Shown here: one piece after another, positions 21,713 through 35,260 of the stretch
How positions within the stretch are numbered: position 1 is the stretch's first letter
Layout: the number at the start of each line of letters is the position of its first letter
Assembly: GCA_002269645.1 (NCBI GenBank)
Contig: NIVC01003372.1
Coordinates: forward strand, 1-64,000
DNA: 64,000 nt
DNA from: Macrostomum lignano
Taxonomy: Eukaryota
Direction of reading: 5' to 3'
The notes under the pieces: generated by a model
The model's input: the letters and a program-made list of their open reading frames with translations, nothing else
Databases searched by the model: none
What the model was told of the DNA's origin: nothing
Made by a program: the position numbers and the translations under genes

Positions 21713-24700
21713 ATGCTAGACCTGCTAGAGCGGCTGCTGGTTCACGGTGACTTGTCAGTTGGCAGTCAGCTGTTCAGCTTAGACAATGAGACTGTCCTCA
21801 GCGAGGCTGATGAAGCTCTGGCTTATGTGCGATTGCAGTGTCTCAATGGTACATTGGCAAGCAATGGTGGCTGCAGTCAGGGGCAGAACCTGGCCCTGAC
21901 ACCTGGTCAAGTGAGCCCTTTAATTCATTAGTATGATTCCTCCTTGTGACTGTATTCCTCTGGATGCATTGATCTCAACCCCTCATTCTCCCTCTTCAGT
22001 CCAGCGCTGTGGAACTTTGCGTTGCAAGAATCTGTCGCTCATTGAAAGAGACTGGCAAACTGGAGGCTCACCTGCCTGCCCTGCTCAAACTGCTGGCCAG
22101 ATGTGCCGAATTGCCATTGGCTGGTAATGTGTCAGGCTCTGATGGCTGCGGAAGCGACCCTCTACCAGTAAGACTGGCCAGCGATCTGCTGTCCTGTCTG
22201 TTCCAGGTAACTGCAATGCTGATAGTCACCTCTAGTGATCCTTGACCCCTTCCCCATCCTGCAGATCCGTCACTGATTCTCTTTTCCCACCCTGCAGATC
22301 CCTCACTGATTCTCTTTTCCCACCCTGCAGATCCCTCACTGATTCTCTTTTCCCACCCTGCAGATCCCTCACTGATTCTCTTTTCCCACCCTGCAGATCC
22401 CTCACCGATTCTCTTTTCGCACCCTGCAGATCCCTCACTGATTCTCTTTTCCCACCCTGCAGATCCCTCACTGATTCTCTTTTCCCACCCTGCAGATCCC
22501 TCACTGATTCTCTTTTCCCATCCTGCAGATCCGTCACTGATTCTCTTTTCCCACCCTGCAGATCCCTCACTGATTCTCTTTTCCCACCCTGCAGATCCCT
22601 CACTGATTCTCTTTTCCCACCCTGCAGATCCCTCACTGATTCTCTTTTCGCACCCTGCAGATCCCTCACTGATTCTCTTTTCGCACCCTGCAGATCCCTC
22701 ACTGATTCTCTTTTCGCACCCTGCAGATCCCTCACTGATTCTCTTTTCCCACCCTGCAGATCCCTCACTGATTCTCTTTTCCCACCCTGCAGATCCCTCA
22801 CTGATTCTCTTTTCGCACCCTGCAGATCCCTCACTGATTCTCTTTTCGCACCCTGCAGATCCCTCACTGATTCTCTTTTCCCACCCTGCAGATCCCTCAC
22901 TGATTCTCTTTTCCCATCCTGCAGATCCGTCACTGATTCTCTTTTCCCACCCTGCAGATCCCTCACTGATTCTCTTTTCGCACCCTGCAGATCCCTCACT
23001 GATTCTCTTTTCCCACCCTGCAGATCCCTCACTGATTCTCTTTTCGCACCCTGCAGATCCCTCACTGATTCTCTTTTCGCACCCTGCAGATCCCTCACTG
23101 ATTCTCTTTTCGCACCCTGCAGATCCCTCACTGATTCTCTTTTCCCACCCTGCAGATCCCTCACTGATTCTCTTTTCCCACCCTGCAGATCCCTCACTGA
23201 TTCTCTTTTCGCACCCTGCAGATCCCTCACTGATTCTCTTTTCCCACCCTGCAGATCCCTCACTGATTCTCTTTTCCCACCCTGCAGATCCCTCACTGAT
23301 TCTCTTTTCCCATCCTGCAGATCCGTCACTGATTCTCTTTTCCCACCCTGCAGATCCCTCACTGATTCTCTTTTCGCACCCTGCAGATCCCTCACTGAGT
23401 CCCCCCATCCTGCAGATCCCTCACTGAGTCTCCCCATCCTGCAGATCCCTCACTGAGTCCCCCCATCCTGCAGATCCCTCACTGAGTCTCCCCATCCTGC
23501 AGATCCCTCACTAAGTCTCCCCATCCTGCAGATCCCTCACTGAGTCCCCCCATCCTGCAGATCCCTCACTGAGTCCCCCCATCCTGCAGATCCCTCACTG
23601 AGTCTCCCCATCCTGCAGATCCCTCACTAAGTCTCCCCATCCTGCAGATCCCTCACTGAGTCCCCTTCCAGATCCAGCGGGTCTCCCCGACCCCAATCAA
23701 AGCAGAATGCTGTCCAACTCTTCCCTTACCAAACCGCAGGCGCGGCACAGCAGCTCCATGCTGTCCTCATCTCTGCCTGTGCTGGTGAAGCTGCTCAACT
23801 GTCCTAACTCATCTTTACGGCGCACAGTGAGCAGCTACCTCAGCCTGGCCAGCGCTGGCCGAGCACAGCTTCTGACCAGCCATGCTACACCTCTAATTAT
23901 TGCCGCCTGCGAAGGCAACCTGAGCTTAGTTGGCCTGCTGTGCCAGCTGCAGCAGCACTCGCCAGACGCATTTGCTAAGCATTCCGACGATTTGATTTTG
24001 TTGCTTAGGTGCGGACTGGTCTAATTATTCTGAAAACCTTGATTGTTGATGCATTTTTCCATTTTTCTAACAGAATTCTCATGCTCCGTTGCCGGGGCCC
24101 CTATTTTTAAACAGAATAGCCCCGTACTTTTTATATTTTAAGGATTGCCGCTCTTACACCCTATTAAGGATTGCCCCATTCCTACCCCCTTTCTAAGAAT
24201 ATCTATTCTTTCCTTTCTAAGAATCACTCTTTACCCTTTCTAAGAACTGCTAATCTTTTCCTTTTCCAAGAAACGATATTGTTTACTCTGTTTCAAGAAT
24301 CGCTATTCTTTCGCTTTTCCAAGAATCGCGCTTTTTCTCTTTTCACCCAATCTTATTTTTCCCCTTTTCTAGGCCTATTCTTTCCCTTTTTCCAAGAATC
24401 GCTATTCCTTTCCTTCCAGGAATCTATTCTTCCCCTTTTTCCAAAAATCGCTATTCTTCCCCTTTCTAAGAATCGCTATTCTTCCCCCTTTCTAAGAATC
24501 GCTATTCTTCCCCTTTCTAAGAATCGCTATTCTTCCCCCTTTCTAAGAATCGCTATTCTTCCCCCTTTCTAAGAATCGCTATTCTTCCCCTTTTCTAAGA
24601 ATCGCTCTTCTTTCCCTTTTTCCAAAAATCGCTATTCTTCCCCTTTCTAAGAATCGCTATTCTTCCCCCTTTCTAAGAATCGCTATTCTTCCCCTTTCTA

Positions 24701-27700
24701 AGAATCGCTATTCTTCCCCCTTTCTAAGAATCGCTATTCTTCCCCTTTCTAAGAATCGCTATTCTTCCCCCTTTCTAAGAATCGCTATTCTTCCCCCTTT
24801 CTAAGAATCGCTATTCTTCCCCTTTCTAAGAATCGCTATTCTTCCCCCTTTCTAAGAATCGCTATTCTTCCCCCTTTCTAAGAATCGCTATTCTTCCCCT
24901 TTCTAAGAATCGCTATTCTTCCCCTTTCTAAGAATCGCTATTCTTCCCCCTTTCTAAGAATCGCTATTCTTCCCCTTTCTAAGAATCGCTATTTTTCCCC
25001 CTTTCTAAGAATCGCTATTCTTCCCCTTTTCTAAGAATCGCTATTATTCCCCTTTTCTAAGAATCGCTCCTATTCCCCCTTTTTAAGAATCGCTATTCTT
25101 CCCCCTTTCTAAGAATCGCTATTCTTCCCCTTTTTCAAAAAATCGCTATTCTTCCCCCTTTCTAAGAATCGCTATTCTTCCCCTTTTTAAGAATCGCTCC
25201 TATTCCCCCTTTTTCCAAGAATCGCTATTCTTCCCCTTTCTAAGAATCACTATTCTTCCCCTTTTTAAGAATCGCTCCTATTCCCCCTTTCTAAGAATCG
25301 ATATTCTTCCCATTTTCTAAGAATCGCTATTCTTCCCCCTTTCTAAGAATCGCTATTCTTCCCCCTTTCCAAGAATCGCGATATTCTTCGATTCCAGAAG
25401 CCAGCCAGTCCAGGACAGTCGGCAGCTCAAACGCGACCTGCTCCGCCTCCTAGCCGCCATGTCCTTGGCCACGCCCGACTGCCTGCTGCCTCACGCTCGA
25501 GCCCTGCTAGGCCAGCTGGACGCCGACACGGCCGAGTGCGGCCTCCCAGTTCTTGTCAACATCCAGCGCCGCAACCCGGCGGCCTGCCTGCCCCTGGTCT
25601 CCGCCCTGTCTGCTGTTCACCCTGCCTGGCCTCTGGCTGTCCGCTCCCTAGCTGAAATCTTTGCCCGCCTACTGGCTGCCTACCCCAGTCAGTTCGAACC
25701 GGTTGCCGACGTATTGACCGCGCACCTGGCGCTGGCTAATTCCGGTCGGCTGGCCTGCCAACTGCTGGCGTGTCTGCTGCAACTGGCCCGGCTCAATCCC
25801 AGACTATTTGCCGCTTCGTTGGAAGCTCGAATACCGAATCTTCGAGCGGCCCTAGCAACGGCTGGCTATCGAGTAGAGGCTGCTGCTGCTGCCGCTGCTG
25901 CTGGCGCTTCGAACTCCTCGCTTGTTGAGGCTGGTCAATTATTAGATAGTTTAGAGTGTTTGGCTATAGACTGCTTGCAGCAGCAGCAGCAGCAACAGCA
26001 GCAACAATTGCAACTGCAGCAGCAACAGGAGCATCACGGCAGTAGTCAGCATGTAGTCAGCTGTTTAATGCTGCCCAATTCCAATCGAAGTTCGACTGGC
26101 GGCGGCGGCAGCTCGCGGCGTATTGAACGGGCCAGATCGCAAGCAATGCCGTCAGCTTCTATGGTGGCCTATTTCGGATCCGGCGCTGCTGATGACGCTG
26201 GTGAGATGTTTGTTATATACTGAGCTGGGTAGGGCCCAACAAGACCAGCTTTTGCTATGACTGCGACCAGTTATTATCTCTTATATGCGATAGTTAAACA
26301 TCCGATTTCGGTGTCCTAAAAACATTTCTAAAGCATTCTTAATTTAGCTCCCTAGTGGTCCTTAATTTAGCTCCCTAGTGATCCTTAATTTAGCTCCCTA
26401 CTGATCCTTAATTTAGCTCCCTAGTGATCCTTAATTTAGCTCGCTAGTGATCCTTAATTTAGCTCGCTAGTGATCCTTAATTTAGCTCCCTAGTGATCCT
26501 TAATTTAGCTCCCTAGTGATCCCTAATTTAGCTCCCTAGTGATCCTTAATTTACCTCCCTAGTGATCCTTAATTTACCTCCCTAGTGATCCTTAATTTAG
26601 CTCGCTAGTGATCCTTAATTTACCTCCCTAGTGATCCTTAATTTACCTCCCTAGTGATCCTTAATTTAGCTCGCTAGTGATCCTTAATTTAGCTCCCTAG
26701 TGATCCCTAATTTAGCTCCCTAGTGATCCCTAATTTAGCTCCCTAGTGATCCTTAATTTAGCTCGCTAGTGATCCCTAATTTACCTCCCTAGTGATCCTT
26801 AATTTAGCTCCCTAGTGATCCCTAATTTAGCTCCCTAGTGATCCCTAATTTAGCTCCCTAGTGATCCCTAATTTAGCTCCCTAGTGATCCCTAATTTAGC
26901 TCCCTAGTGATCCCTAATTTAGCTCCCTAGTGATCCTTAATTTAGCTCCCTAGTGATCCTTAATTTAGCTCCCTACTGATCCTTAATTTAGCTCCCTAGT
27001 GATCCCTAATTTAGCTCCCTAGTGATCCCTAATTTAGCTCCCTAGTGATCCCTAATTTAGCTCCCTAGTGATCCTTAATTTAGCTCCCTAGTGATCCTTA
27101 ATTTAGCTCCCTAGTGTTCCTTAATTTAGCTCGCTAGTGATCCTTAATTTACCTCCCTAGTGATCCCTAATTTAGCTCCCTAGTGTTCCTTAATTTAGCT
27201 CCCTAGTGATCCCTAATTTAGCTCCCTAGTGATCCTTAATTTAGCTCGCTAGTGATCCTTAATTTAGCTCGCTAGTGATCCTTAATTTACCTCCCTAGTG
27301 ATCCCTAATTTAGCTCCCTAGTGATCCCTAATTTAGCTCCCTAGTGATCCCTAATTTAGCTCCCTAGTGATCCTTAATTTACCTCCCTAGTGTTCCTTAA
27401 TTTAGCTCCCTAGTGATCCTTAATTTACCTCCCTAGTGATCCTTAATTTACCTCCCTAGTGATCCTTAATTTACCTCCCTAGTGATCCTTAATTTAGCTC
27501 CCTAGTGATCCCTAATTTAGCTCTCTAGTGATCCCTAATTTAGCTCCCTAGTGATCCCTAATTTAGCTCCCTAGTGATCCCTAATTTAGCTCCCTAGTGA
27601 TCCCTAATTTACCTCCCTACTGATCCTTAATTTAGCTTCCTAGTGGTCCCTAATGAGATTTCTAATGATCCCTTATGAGACCCCATGCAGACCCCTAATG

Positions 27701-30700
27701 ACCCAATTCAGATCCATAATGAGACCCAATGCAGATCCCTAATGACCCAATGCAGATCCCTAATGACCCAATGCAGATCCCTAATGACCTAATGCAGATC
27801 CCTAATGACCCAATGCAGATCCCTAATGACCCAATGCATATCCCTAATGAGACCCAATGCAGATCCCTAATGACCCAATGCAGATCCCTAATGACCCAAT
27901 GCAGATCCCTAATGACCCAATGCAGATCCCTAATGACCCAACCCAATGCAGATCCCTAATGACCCAACCCAATGCAGATCCCTAATGACCCAATGCAGAT
28001 CCCTAATGACCCAATGCAGATCCCTAATGACCCAACCCAATGCAGATCCCTAATGACCCAATGCAGATCCCTAATGACCCAACCCAATGCAGATCCCTAA
28101 TGACCCAACCCAATGCAGATCCCTAATGACCCAATGCAGATCCCTAATGACCCAACCCAATGCAGATCCCTAATGACCCAATGCAGATCCCTAATGACCC
28201 AACCCAATGCAGATCCCTAATGACCCAACCCAATGCAGATCCCTAATGACCCAACCCAATGCAGATCCCTAATGACCCAATGCAGATCCCTAATGAGACC
28301 CAATGCAGATCCCTAATGACCCAACCCAATGCAGATCCCTAATGACCCAATGCAGATCCCTAATGACCCAATGCAGATCCCTAATGACCCAATGCAGATC
28401 CCTAATGACCCAATGCAGATCCCTAATGACCCAATGCAGATCCCTAATGACCCAACCCAATGCAGATCCCTAATGACCCAATGCAGATCCCTAATGACCC
28501 AACCCAATGCAGATCCCTAATGACCCAACCCAATGCAGATCCCTAATGACCCAATGCAGATCCCTAATGACCCAACCCAATGCAGATCCCTAATGACCCA
28601 ATGCAGATCCCTAATGACCCAACCCAATGCAGATCCCTAATGACCCAACCCAATGCAGATCCCTAATGACCCAATGCAGATCCCTAATGAGACCCAATGC
28701 AGATCCCTAATGACCCAACCCAATGCAGATCCCTAATGACCCAATGCAGATCCCTAATGACCCAATGCAGATCCCTAATGACCCAATGCAGATCCCTAAT
28801 GACCCAATGCAGATCCCTAATGACCCAATGCAGATCCCTAATGAGACCCAATGCAGATCCCTAATGACCTAATGCAGATCCCTAATCACGCGAATTCAAC
28901 ACCGCGCTTACAACCCCCGTTGCCCGCAGACAATGAGCCGGTATGGACCGAGCAGCATCGCCAGCAGGCCATCACCCTGTCATCCGATGCCGCAGAGAAA
29001 TTCTGCTCCAAGCACTATCGCAAGCTCGTATCGTTTGTGTCCCGCGCCAAGCTGCGCCTGCCGGCTCCCTGCGCAATCTGGATGGACGTTAAAAAACGCC
29101 GTCTGCTGTCTAATAAGCGCCGGCTATGCTTGGGCTTCCGGTGCGAGGCCAACTCGGAACGCTGCTTGAACACCTGCCCGACTACTCCGCTGTTTAGCAT
29201 GCTCACTGCTCAGCCTCGGCTCTGGCTGCATCTGCTGTTCTTGATTAAACAGGCGGAGCTGGGCCATGCCGTGTCCCAGCGCCACCCGGACATGCTGCCT
29301 ATTCGCAGCCTCTGGTGCAGCCTGTTAGATGAAGCTGAGTTCTTGCCAACAGTCACTAGCGCTTTCCCGGCCTTGAGCCAGCTGGACTCCATGCTCAGAG
29401 AGTTGCACAGAAAACGATTCTTTGATCTGTTTGAGTTCAATGGCGCCTACGGTATGTGGTGCTGCTTTGAGTGCAACCACAGCCCAGCCAGGCCTAGTGG
29501 CCCCATGCGCTGCGAGATCAAGAAGAGCGGCAGTCTGGGCGGCTGGCGTGTGTCGCAGATCAGCCTGCAGGAGGCCGACCAGATGCTGACGGTGAGTTTA
29601 GAGATATCCGTAATTGGGATCCGTGTAGCTTAGTTGCTAAAATATCCCCTGATTGGGATCTGTGTAGTTTAATTTGCTAAAATATCTCCTAATTGGGATC
29701 TGTGTAGTTTAATTTGCTAAAATATCCCCTGATTGGGATCTGTGTAGTTTAATTTGCTAAAATATCCCCTGATTGGGATCTGTGTAGTTTAATTTGCTAA
29801 AATATCCCCTGATTGGGATCTGTGTAGTTTAATTTGCTAAAATATCCCACCTAATTGGGATCTGTGTAGTTTAATTTGCTAAAATATCCCACCTAATTGG
29901 GATCTGTGTAGTTTAATTTGCTAAAATATCCCACCTAATTGGGATCTGTGTAGTTTAATTTGCTAAAATATCCCCTAATTGGGATCTGTGTAGTTTAATT
30001 TGCTAAAATATCCCCTAATTGGGATCTGTGTAGTTTAATTTGCTAAAATATCCCCTAATTGGGATCTGTGTAGTTTAATTTGCTAAAATATCCCCTAATT
30101 GGGATTTGTGTAGTTTAATTTGCTAAAATATCCCCTAATTGGGATCTGTGTAGTTTAATTTGCTAAAATATCCCCTAATTGGGATTTGTGTAGTTTAATT
30201 TGCTAAAATTTCCCTTAAATATGATCTATGTTGTTTTAGTTACTAAAAATTCCCTAATTGGGATCTGTGTATTTTTTGTTACTAAAATATCCCAACAATA
30301 CGCTCCTATAATATAATCTGGCTCCTAGAAATTTCCCTTGAATGGGGTAACTTCAAACGCTCGAATTCCACTGAATGGGATCAGTTCAGCTTCTACCCCC
30401 CTCTCCTAATGAGCTCCCATAAGCTCGGCCTTCACGCATGACTGACCGATGCGAGTGGAGATATTGGCAGTTTTATTTTTAACAGATTGGATTCCGTCTT
30501 TAGCTTGCGACTTCAGCGCAAAAGTACATCTTGATGATATATTCTCCCTCTACGTGTCAGGCCGCTGACGGTGGGGAGGGCTGGGCCCTGGGACTGCACT
30601 TCTGTTTCAATCTGCCCAGGCAGTCTCGTTAATCTCTGGTTCTTTTAGTCGATATTCTCCGCTCTCTCTCCCCTCTGTCCCCTCTTTTTCTCGCCCTCCC

Positions 30701-32069
30701 CCCTCCCAATTTGAATGCCTCGCGGGGACTTCGGCGCGTCAAGTCAGTGCGAGTCGCGGGTGTCGTAAAGCCCCCCTGCAACTCTAGCGGGTGCATTTCT
30801 AATAATGATCTCAGTGTATAAGTAATGATCTCCCAAACCGTAAATTATGGCTGGCTGGGAGGTTGGCTATTCGGCCTGGCTGACTTCTCTGTCTGTCAAG
30901 TGTTTTTTTTCGTTTTTCGACGTTCATTTCAAATTCACGAATAATGATGATGGAGCTTAGCGGGCAAGTTTTATAGGGGGGGGGGGGGGTCTGAGGTTAA
31001 GCCTCGGTCTGAAAGGCAGCCTGCCAGTTTATGTTGGCAATGAGCTTCCAAGTGCATAAAATTCCCTCAAATATTCTTAGTAACATGAATAAATTTTCTT
31101 TCTGTGAGTACGGTACTCTCAATTTTCTCTAAGGGAGTCGCTCTGAGAATCGCCCCATCTCAATCTCATGTGAGAATCGCCCCAACTCAATCTCATGTTA
31201 GAATCGCCCCAAAATAATCTTATATGAGAATCGCCCCAACTCAGTCTCATATGAGAATCGCCCCATATCAATCTCATGTGAGAATCCCCCCAACTCAATC
31301 TCATATGAGAATCGCCCCATCTCAATCTCATGCGAGAAAAACCCATCAATCTCATATGAGAATCGCTCATCAATCTCATATGAGAATCGCCTATCAATCT
31401 CATATGAAAATCGGCCCATCTCAATCTCATATGAGAATCGCCCCATTTCTATCTCATGTTAGAATCGCGCCTTCTCAATCTCTTATGAAAATTGCGCCTT
31501 CTTAATCTCATATGAGAATCGCCCCAACTCAATCTCATGAGAATCGCCTTAACTCAATCTCATATGAGAATCGCCCCAACTCAATCTCATGCGAGAATAA
31601 CCCATCAATCTCATATGAGAGTCGCCCCAATGCAATCTCATATGAGAATCGCCCCAACTCAATCTCATATGAGAGTTGGCCCGCCGCATCCCCGCAGGTG
31701 GTGACGCCCCGCGTCACCAAGAGCCTCAGCCTGAAGGCGGTGAAGCCCAGACGTCGGGCGAATCACGACGCGCCGCGCGAACTGCAACTTGAACTGCAAT
31801 CTGGCGGCACCCTACGGGTCAGACGAATTCAACCAGTTGAACCCGAGCCGCCAGATCGATGTTCCACAGGTGCGACAACAGGCGCCGCAACCATCGACTA
31901 TCGTTACACTCGAGCAGCTTCCAAGGAACAGAATCCTCAGCAGCATCAGCAGCTTCAGGACGACGCCAACTGGTTTCATTCGATGCAGTGCGCTCTATCC
32001 AGGTCACTGTCCGCTCAGTATCTCAGGCACAAGAGGCGGTCGGCTGCGACTACTGGAGTCGCTGCTTAA
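21713..32069 (+). CDS. VEPH1: Ventricular zone-expressed PH domain protein / melted homolog, 6 exons, 836 aa
   Basis: join(21713..21910,22000..22206,23740..24008,25398..26200,28930..29591,31698..32069). All junctions are GT-AG with compatible phases, 2511 nt in total. Motifs match VEPH1/melted as recalled: GDLSVGSQLFSLD, AVELCVARI, RLASDLLSCLFQ, VSSYLSLA, VTSAFP..RFFDLFEF..W.CF.CN, and a C-terminal PH-like domain. Confidence 0.9.
22262..23670. repeat. Intronic minisatellite (VEPH1 intron 2): 33-bp unit, then a ~28-bp derivative
   Basis: (cagatccctcactgattctcttttcccaccctg)n for about 34 copies to ~23395, then (catcctgcagatccctcactgagtctccc)n. Explains the 400-aa ORFs in the track. Confidence 0.97.
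24400..25380. repeat. Intronic minisatellite, 25-26-bp unit
   Basis: (ttctaagaatcgctattcttcccct)n fills VEPH1 intron 3. Confidence 0.97.
26340..27640. repeat. Intronic minisatellite, 23-bp unit
   Basis: (taatttagctccctagtgatcct)n in VEPH1 intron 4. Confidence 0.97.
27690..28885. repeat. Intronic minisatellite, 21/26-bp unit
   Basis: (gacccaatgcagatccctaat)n with ccaac insertions, VEPH1 intron 4. Confidence 0.97.
29610..30220. repeat. Intronic minisatellite, 40-42-bp unit
   Basis: (aattgggatctgtgtagtttaatttgctaaaatatcccct)n, VEPH1 intron 5. Confidence 0.97.
31140..31680. repeat. Intronic minisatellite, ~27-bp unit with an internal palindrome
   Basis: (aatctcatatgagaatcgccccaactc)n. TCTCATATGAGA is palindromic. 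Confidence 0.95.
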
Positions 32070-32179
32070 TGTATATTACGATTATTATTAGCACGGTTTG
32101 TTCACTCTTGCTCACTTTGATTGATTTTACTGTCTGTGTTTTTGTGTTTTTTGTTTTCCTGTGATTTTTTGAGAGCCTG

Positions 32180-33215
32180 CCTATCGACCCATTGGTTTTG
32201 AAGGCCTGACAGTCTTATTGACCCATTAGTTTTGAAGGCCTGACAGTCTTATTGACCCATTGGTTTTGAAGGCCTGACAGTCTTATTGACCCATTGGTTT
32301 TGAAGGCCTGACAGTCTTATTGACCCATTGGTTTTGAAGGCCTGACAGACTTATTGACCCATTGGTTTTGAAGGCCTGACAGTCTTATTGACCTATTAGT
32401 TTTGAAGGCAGAAGGCCTGACAGTCTTATTGACCCATTGGTTTTGAAGGCCTGACAGTCTTATTGACCGATTGGTTTTGAAGGCCTGACAGTCTTATTGA
32501 CCCATTGGTTTTGAAGGCCTGACAGTCTTATTGACCCATTGGTTTTGAAGGCCTAACAGTCTTATTGACCCATTGGTTTTGAAGGCCTGACAGTCTTATT
32601 GACCTATTAGTTTTGAAGGCAGAAGGCCTGACAGTCTTATTGACCCATTGGTTTTGAAGGCCTGACAGTCTTATTGACCGATTGGTTTTGAAGGCCTGAC
32701 AGTCTTATTGACCCATTGGTTTTGAAGGCCTGACAGTCTTATTGACCGATTGGTTTTGAAGGCCTGACAGTCTTATTGACCCATTGGTTTTGAAGGCCTG
32801 ACAGTCTTATTGACCCATTGGTTTTGAAGGCCTGACAGTCTTATTGACCCATTGGTTTTGAAGGCCTGACAGTCTTATTGACCCATTGGTTTTGAAGGCC
32901 TGACAGTCTTATTGACCTATTAGTTTTGAAGGCAGAAGGCCTGACAGTCTTATTGACCCATTGGTTTTGAAGGCCTGACAGTCTTATTGACCGATTGGTT
33001 TTGAAGGCCTGACAGTCTTATTGACCCCTTGTTTTTGAAGACCTGACAGTCTTATTGACCCCTTGGTTTTGAAGGCCTGACAGTCTTATTGACCCATTGG
33101 TTTTGAAGGCCTGACAGTCTTATTGACCCATTGGTTTTGAAGGCCTGACAGTCTTATTGACCCATTGGTTTTGAAGGCCTGACAGTCTTATTGACCCATT
33201 GGTTTTGAAGGCCCA
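32180..33215. repeat. Minisatellite, 34-bp unit, downstream of the VEPH1 stop
   Basis: (ttattgacccattggttttgaaggcctgacagtc)n. Confidence 0.97.
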
Positions 33216-34484
33216 TCTATGTGAAAGCTATCCCCGATCGACCCCCAAATCGCGCTTTGCTAGCTTTCAACTATTCCCCTTCCTTACATGATTTTCTACA
33301 GTAGCCACAGAATAATGTTTACAATTTGATTTATTTTGCTTGGCTGGGAAAGGACGGGCACTGCACGGACACTAATAATAATATGATGTGTGAGACCTGA
33401 TATCAATAGCTTCCATAATTTCCCCGACTTGATATTGCTTACTCATAATTTGTGATTCCTCACGTTCAGCTCAGCAAACTGGCTGCTTTTGCTAATTGGT
33501 TGTATGTTTAATTAATTAATTTTGGCTATCAGCTTCATTTTGATCATTGATTTTCCTTGCAGTTTTTTCATGCTTCAACTAACTCAACTACTAATGTTTA
33601 GTAATGAGTAGTAGAATACGCGCTTATTAATAAAATTAAAAGCATTTTCGATGTTGATTCTATGCGAATTCCCGTTCACTCCAGCATTGTTTTATTTTTT
33701 AGAAAAATTAGCAATTTTTAGCCGATATGTTTTGAAAGACGAGTAATATTGTACGTGCTGTAAAAATGCGCTTTAATTTTGAAAGGTAAAAGTACATTGT
33801 GTACAATTATCGACATTGGGAAATATCCGAACCGCACCCTGTTCCTTAACGAGCTGGCTCTCCCTGTGATATCGACCAAAAACTTTGTTTTCTTCAGCTT
33901 AAACTATGTGATATTTTAAACTCGCGCCATTTCAATGATCAAAATTTTGCGATTTTATTTTCAAAGCTTTTTGCATTTTTATTTTGCTAATTATAAGTTC
34001 AGTTCACGCTTGTTTTCCGATCTGGTATTGTTAATTAATAATGTTCATGCGCGTCATACTCTACTGCTGAATTTTTAAGTAGCGTATCACGCGTATTTTT
34101 TATTTAGAAATGGTTCAATCAAAATTTATTTCTAATACCGGCAAACAGTATGATAAAGGCATCGTTTATTTTTCGAGTCAAATCACCTTATAAACAGCCA
34201 TGACAGCTGTGTCTGTATTAGCCTGCGATATTACTGTCAGCTTTTAATAGCAGATCACCTTTTTAAATAAAGATTTCGCAGATTTTTTACTTTACGTTTT
34301 GGTTATTATTGTCGTTGTATTTTTCTATTATTTTATTGTTTCCTGTTTTTCCTTCGAATTGCACAGAACTTAAAATACACTTGTTTACTACTGTTATTAC
34401 TGTATAAGATGTTTTATTTGCACCCGCTTAAATGCATGTTGGCTTGCTTTGTTTAAATTGTTATAATTGCTTCACACTGATTAT

Positions 34485-35220
34485 AGTAGGTCACTCCTAA
34501 TTACAGTAGGTCACTCCTAATTACAGTAGGTCACTCCTAATCACAGTAGGTCACTCCTAATTACAGTAGGTCACTCCTAATTACAGTAGGTCACTCCTAA
34601 TTACAGTAGGTCACTCCTAATTACAGTAGGTCACTCCTAATTACAGTAGGTCACTCCTAATTAGTATAGGTCACTCCTAATTACAGTAGGTCACTCCTAA
34701 TTACAGTAGGTCACTCCTAATTAGTATAGGTCACTCCTAATTACAGTAGGTCACTCCTAATTAGTATAGGTCACTCCTAATTACAGTAGGTCACTCCTAA
34801 TTAGTATAGGTCACTCCTAATTACAGTAGGTCACTCCTAATTACAGTAGGTCACTCCTAATTAGTATAGGTCACTCCTAATTACAGTAGGTCACTCCTAA
34901 TTAGTATGTTACTCCTTATTACAGTAGGTCACTCCTAATTACAGTAGGTCCCTCCTAATTACAGTAGGTCACTCCTAATTACAGTAGGTCACTCCTAGTT
35001 ACACTAAGTCACTCTTATTTGCAGTAGGTCACTTCTAACTACTGTAGGTCACTCCTAATTACAGTATGTCACTCCTAGTTATAGTAGATCACTCCTATTT
35101 ACAGTATGTCACTCCTAATTACACTATGTCACTTCTAATCTAAGCATGTCACTCAAAAAGTAGACCTCGGTCACTCATAACTGTAGTGGGTCACTCCTAA
35201 TTAAAGTAGGTCACTCCTCA
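34485..35220. repeat. Minisatellite, 20-bp unit, directly upstream of HTATSF1
   Basis: (taggtcactcctaattacag)n, decaying toward 35220. Confidence 0.97.
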
Positions 35221-35260
35221 GTCAAGTTTCTGTTTTGTAAAATTGAACACGTAAAAATGC

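Noticed and set aside
22068-23456. 400-446-aa ORFs on both strands
   Set aside because: They are translations of a 33-bp intronic minisatellite. The same applies to the ORFs at 27.7-28.5, 40.9-41.4, 42.2-43.2, 43.7-44.1, 47.9-49.0, 56.9-57.3, 58.8-59.5 and 62.3-63.1 kb.
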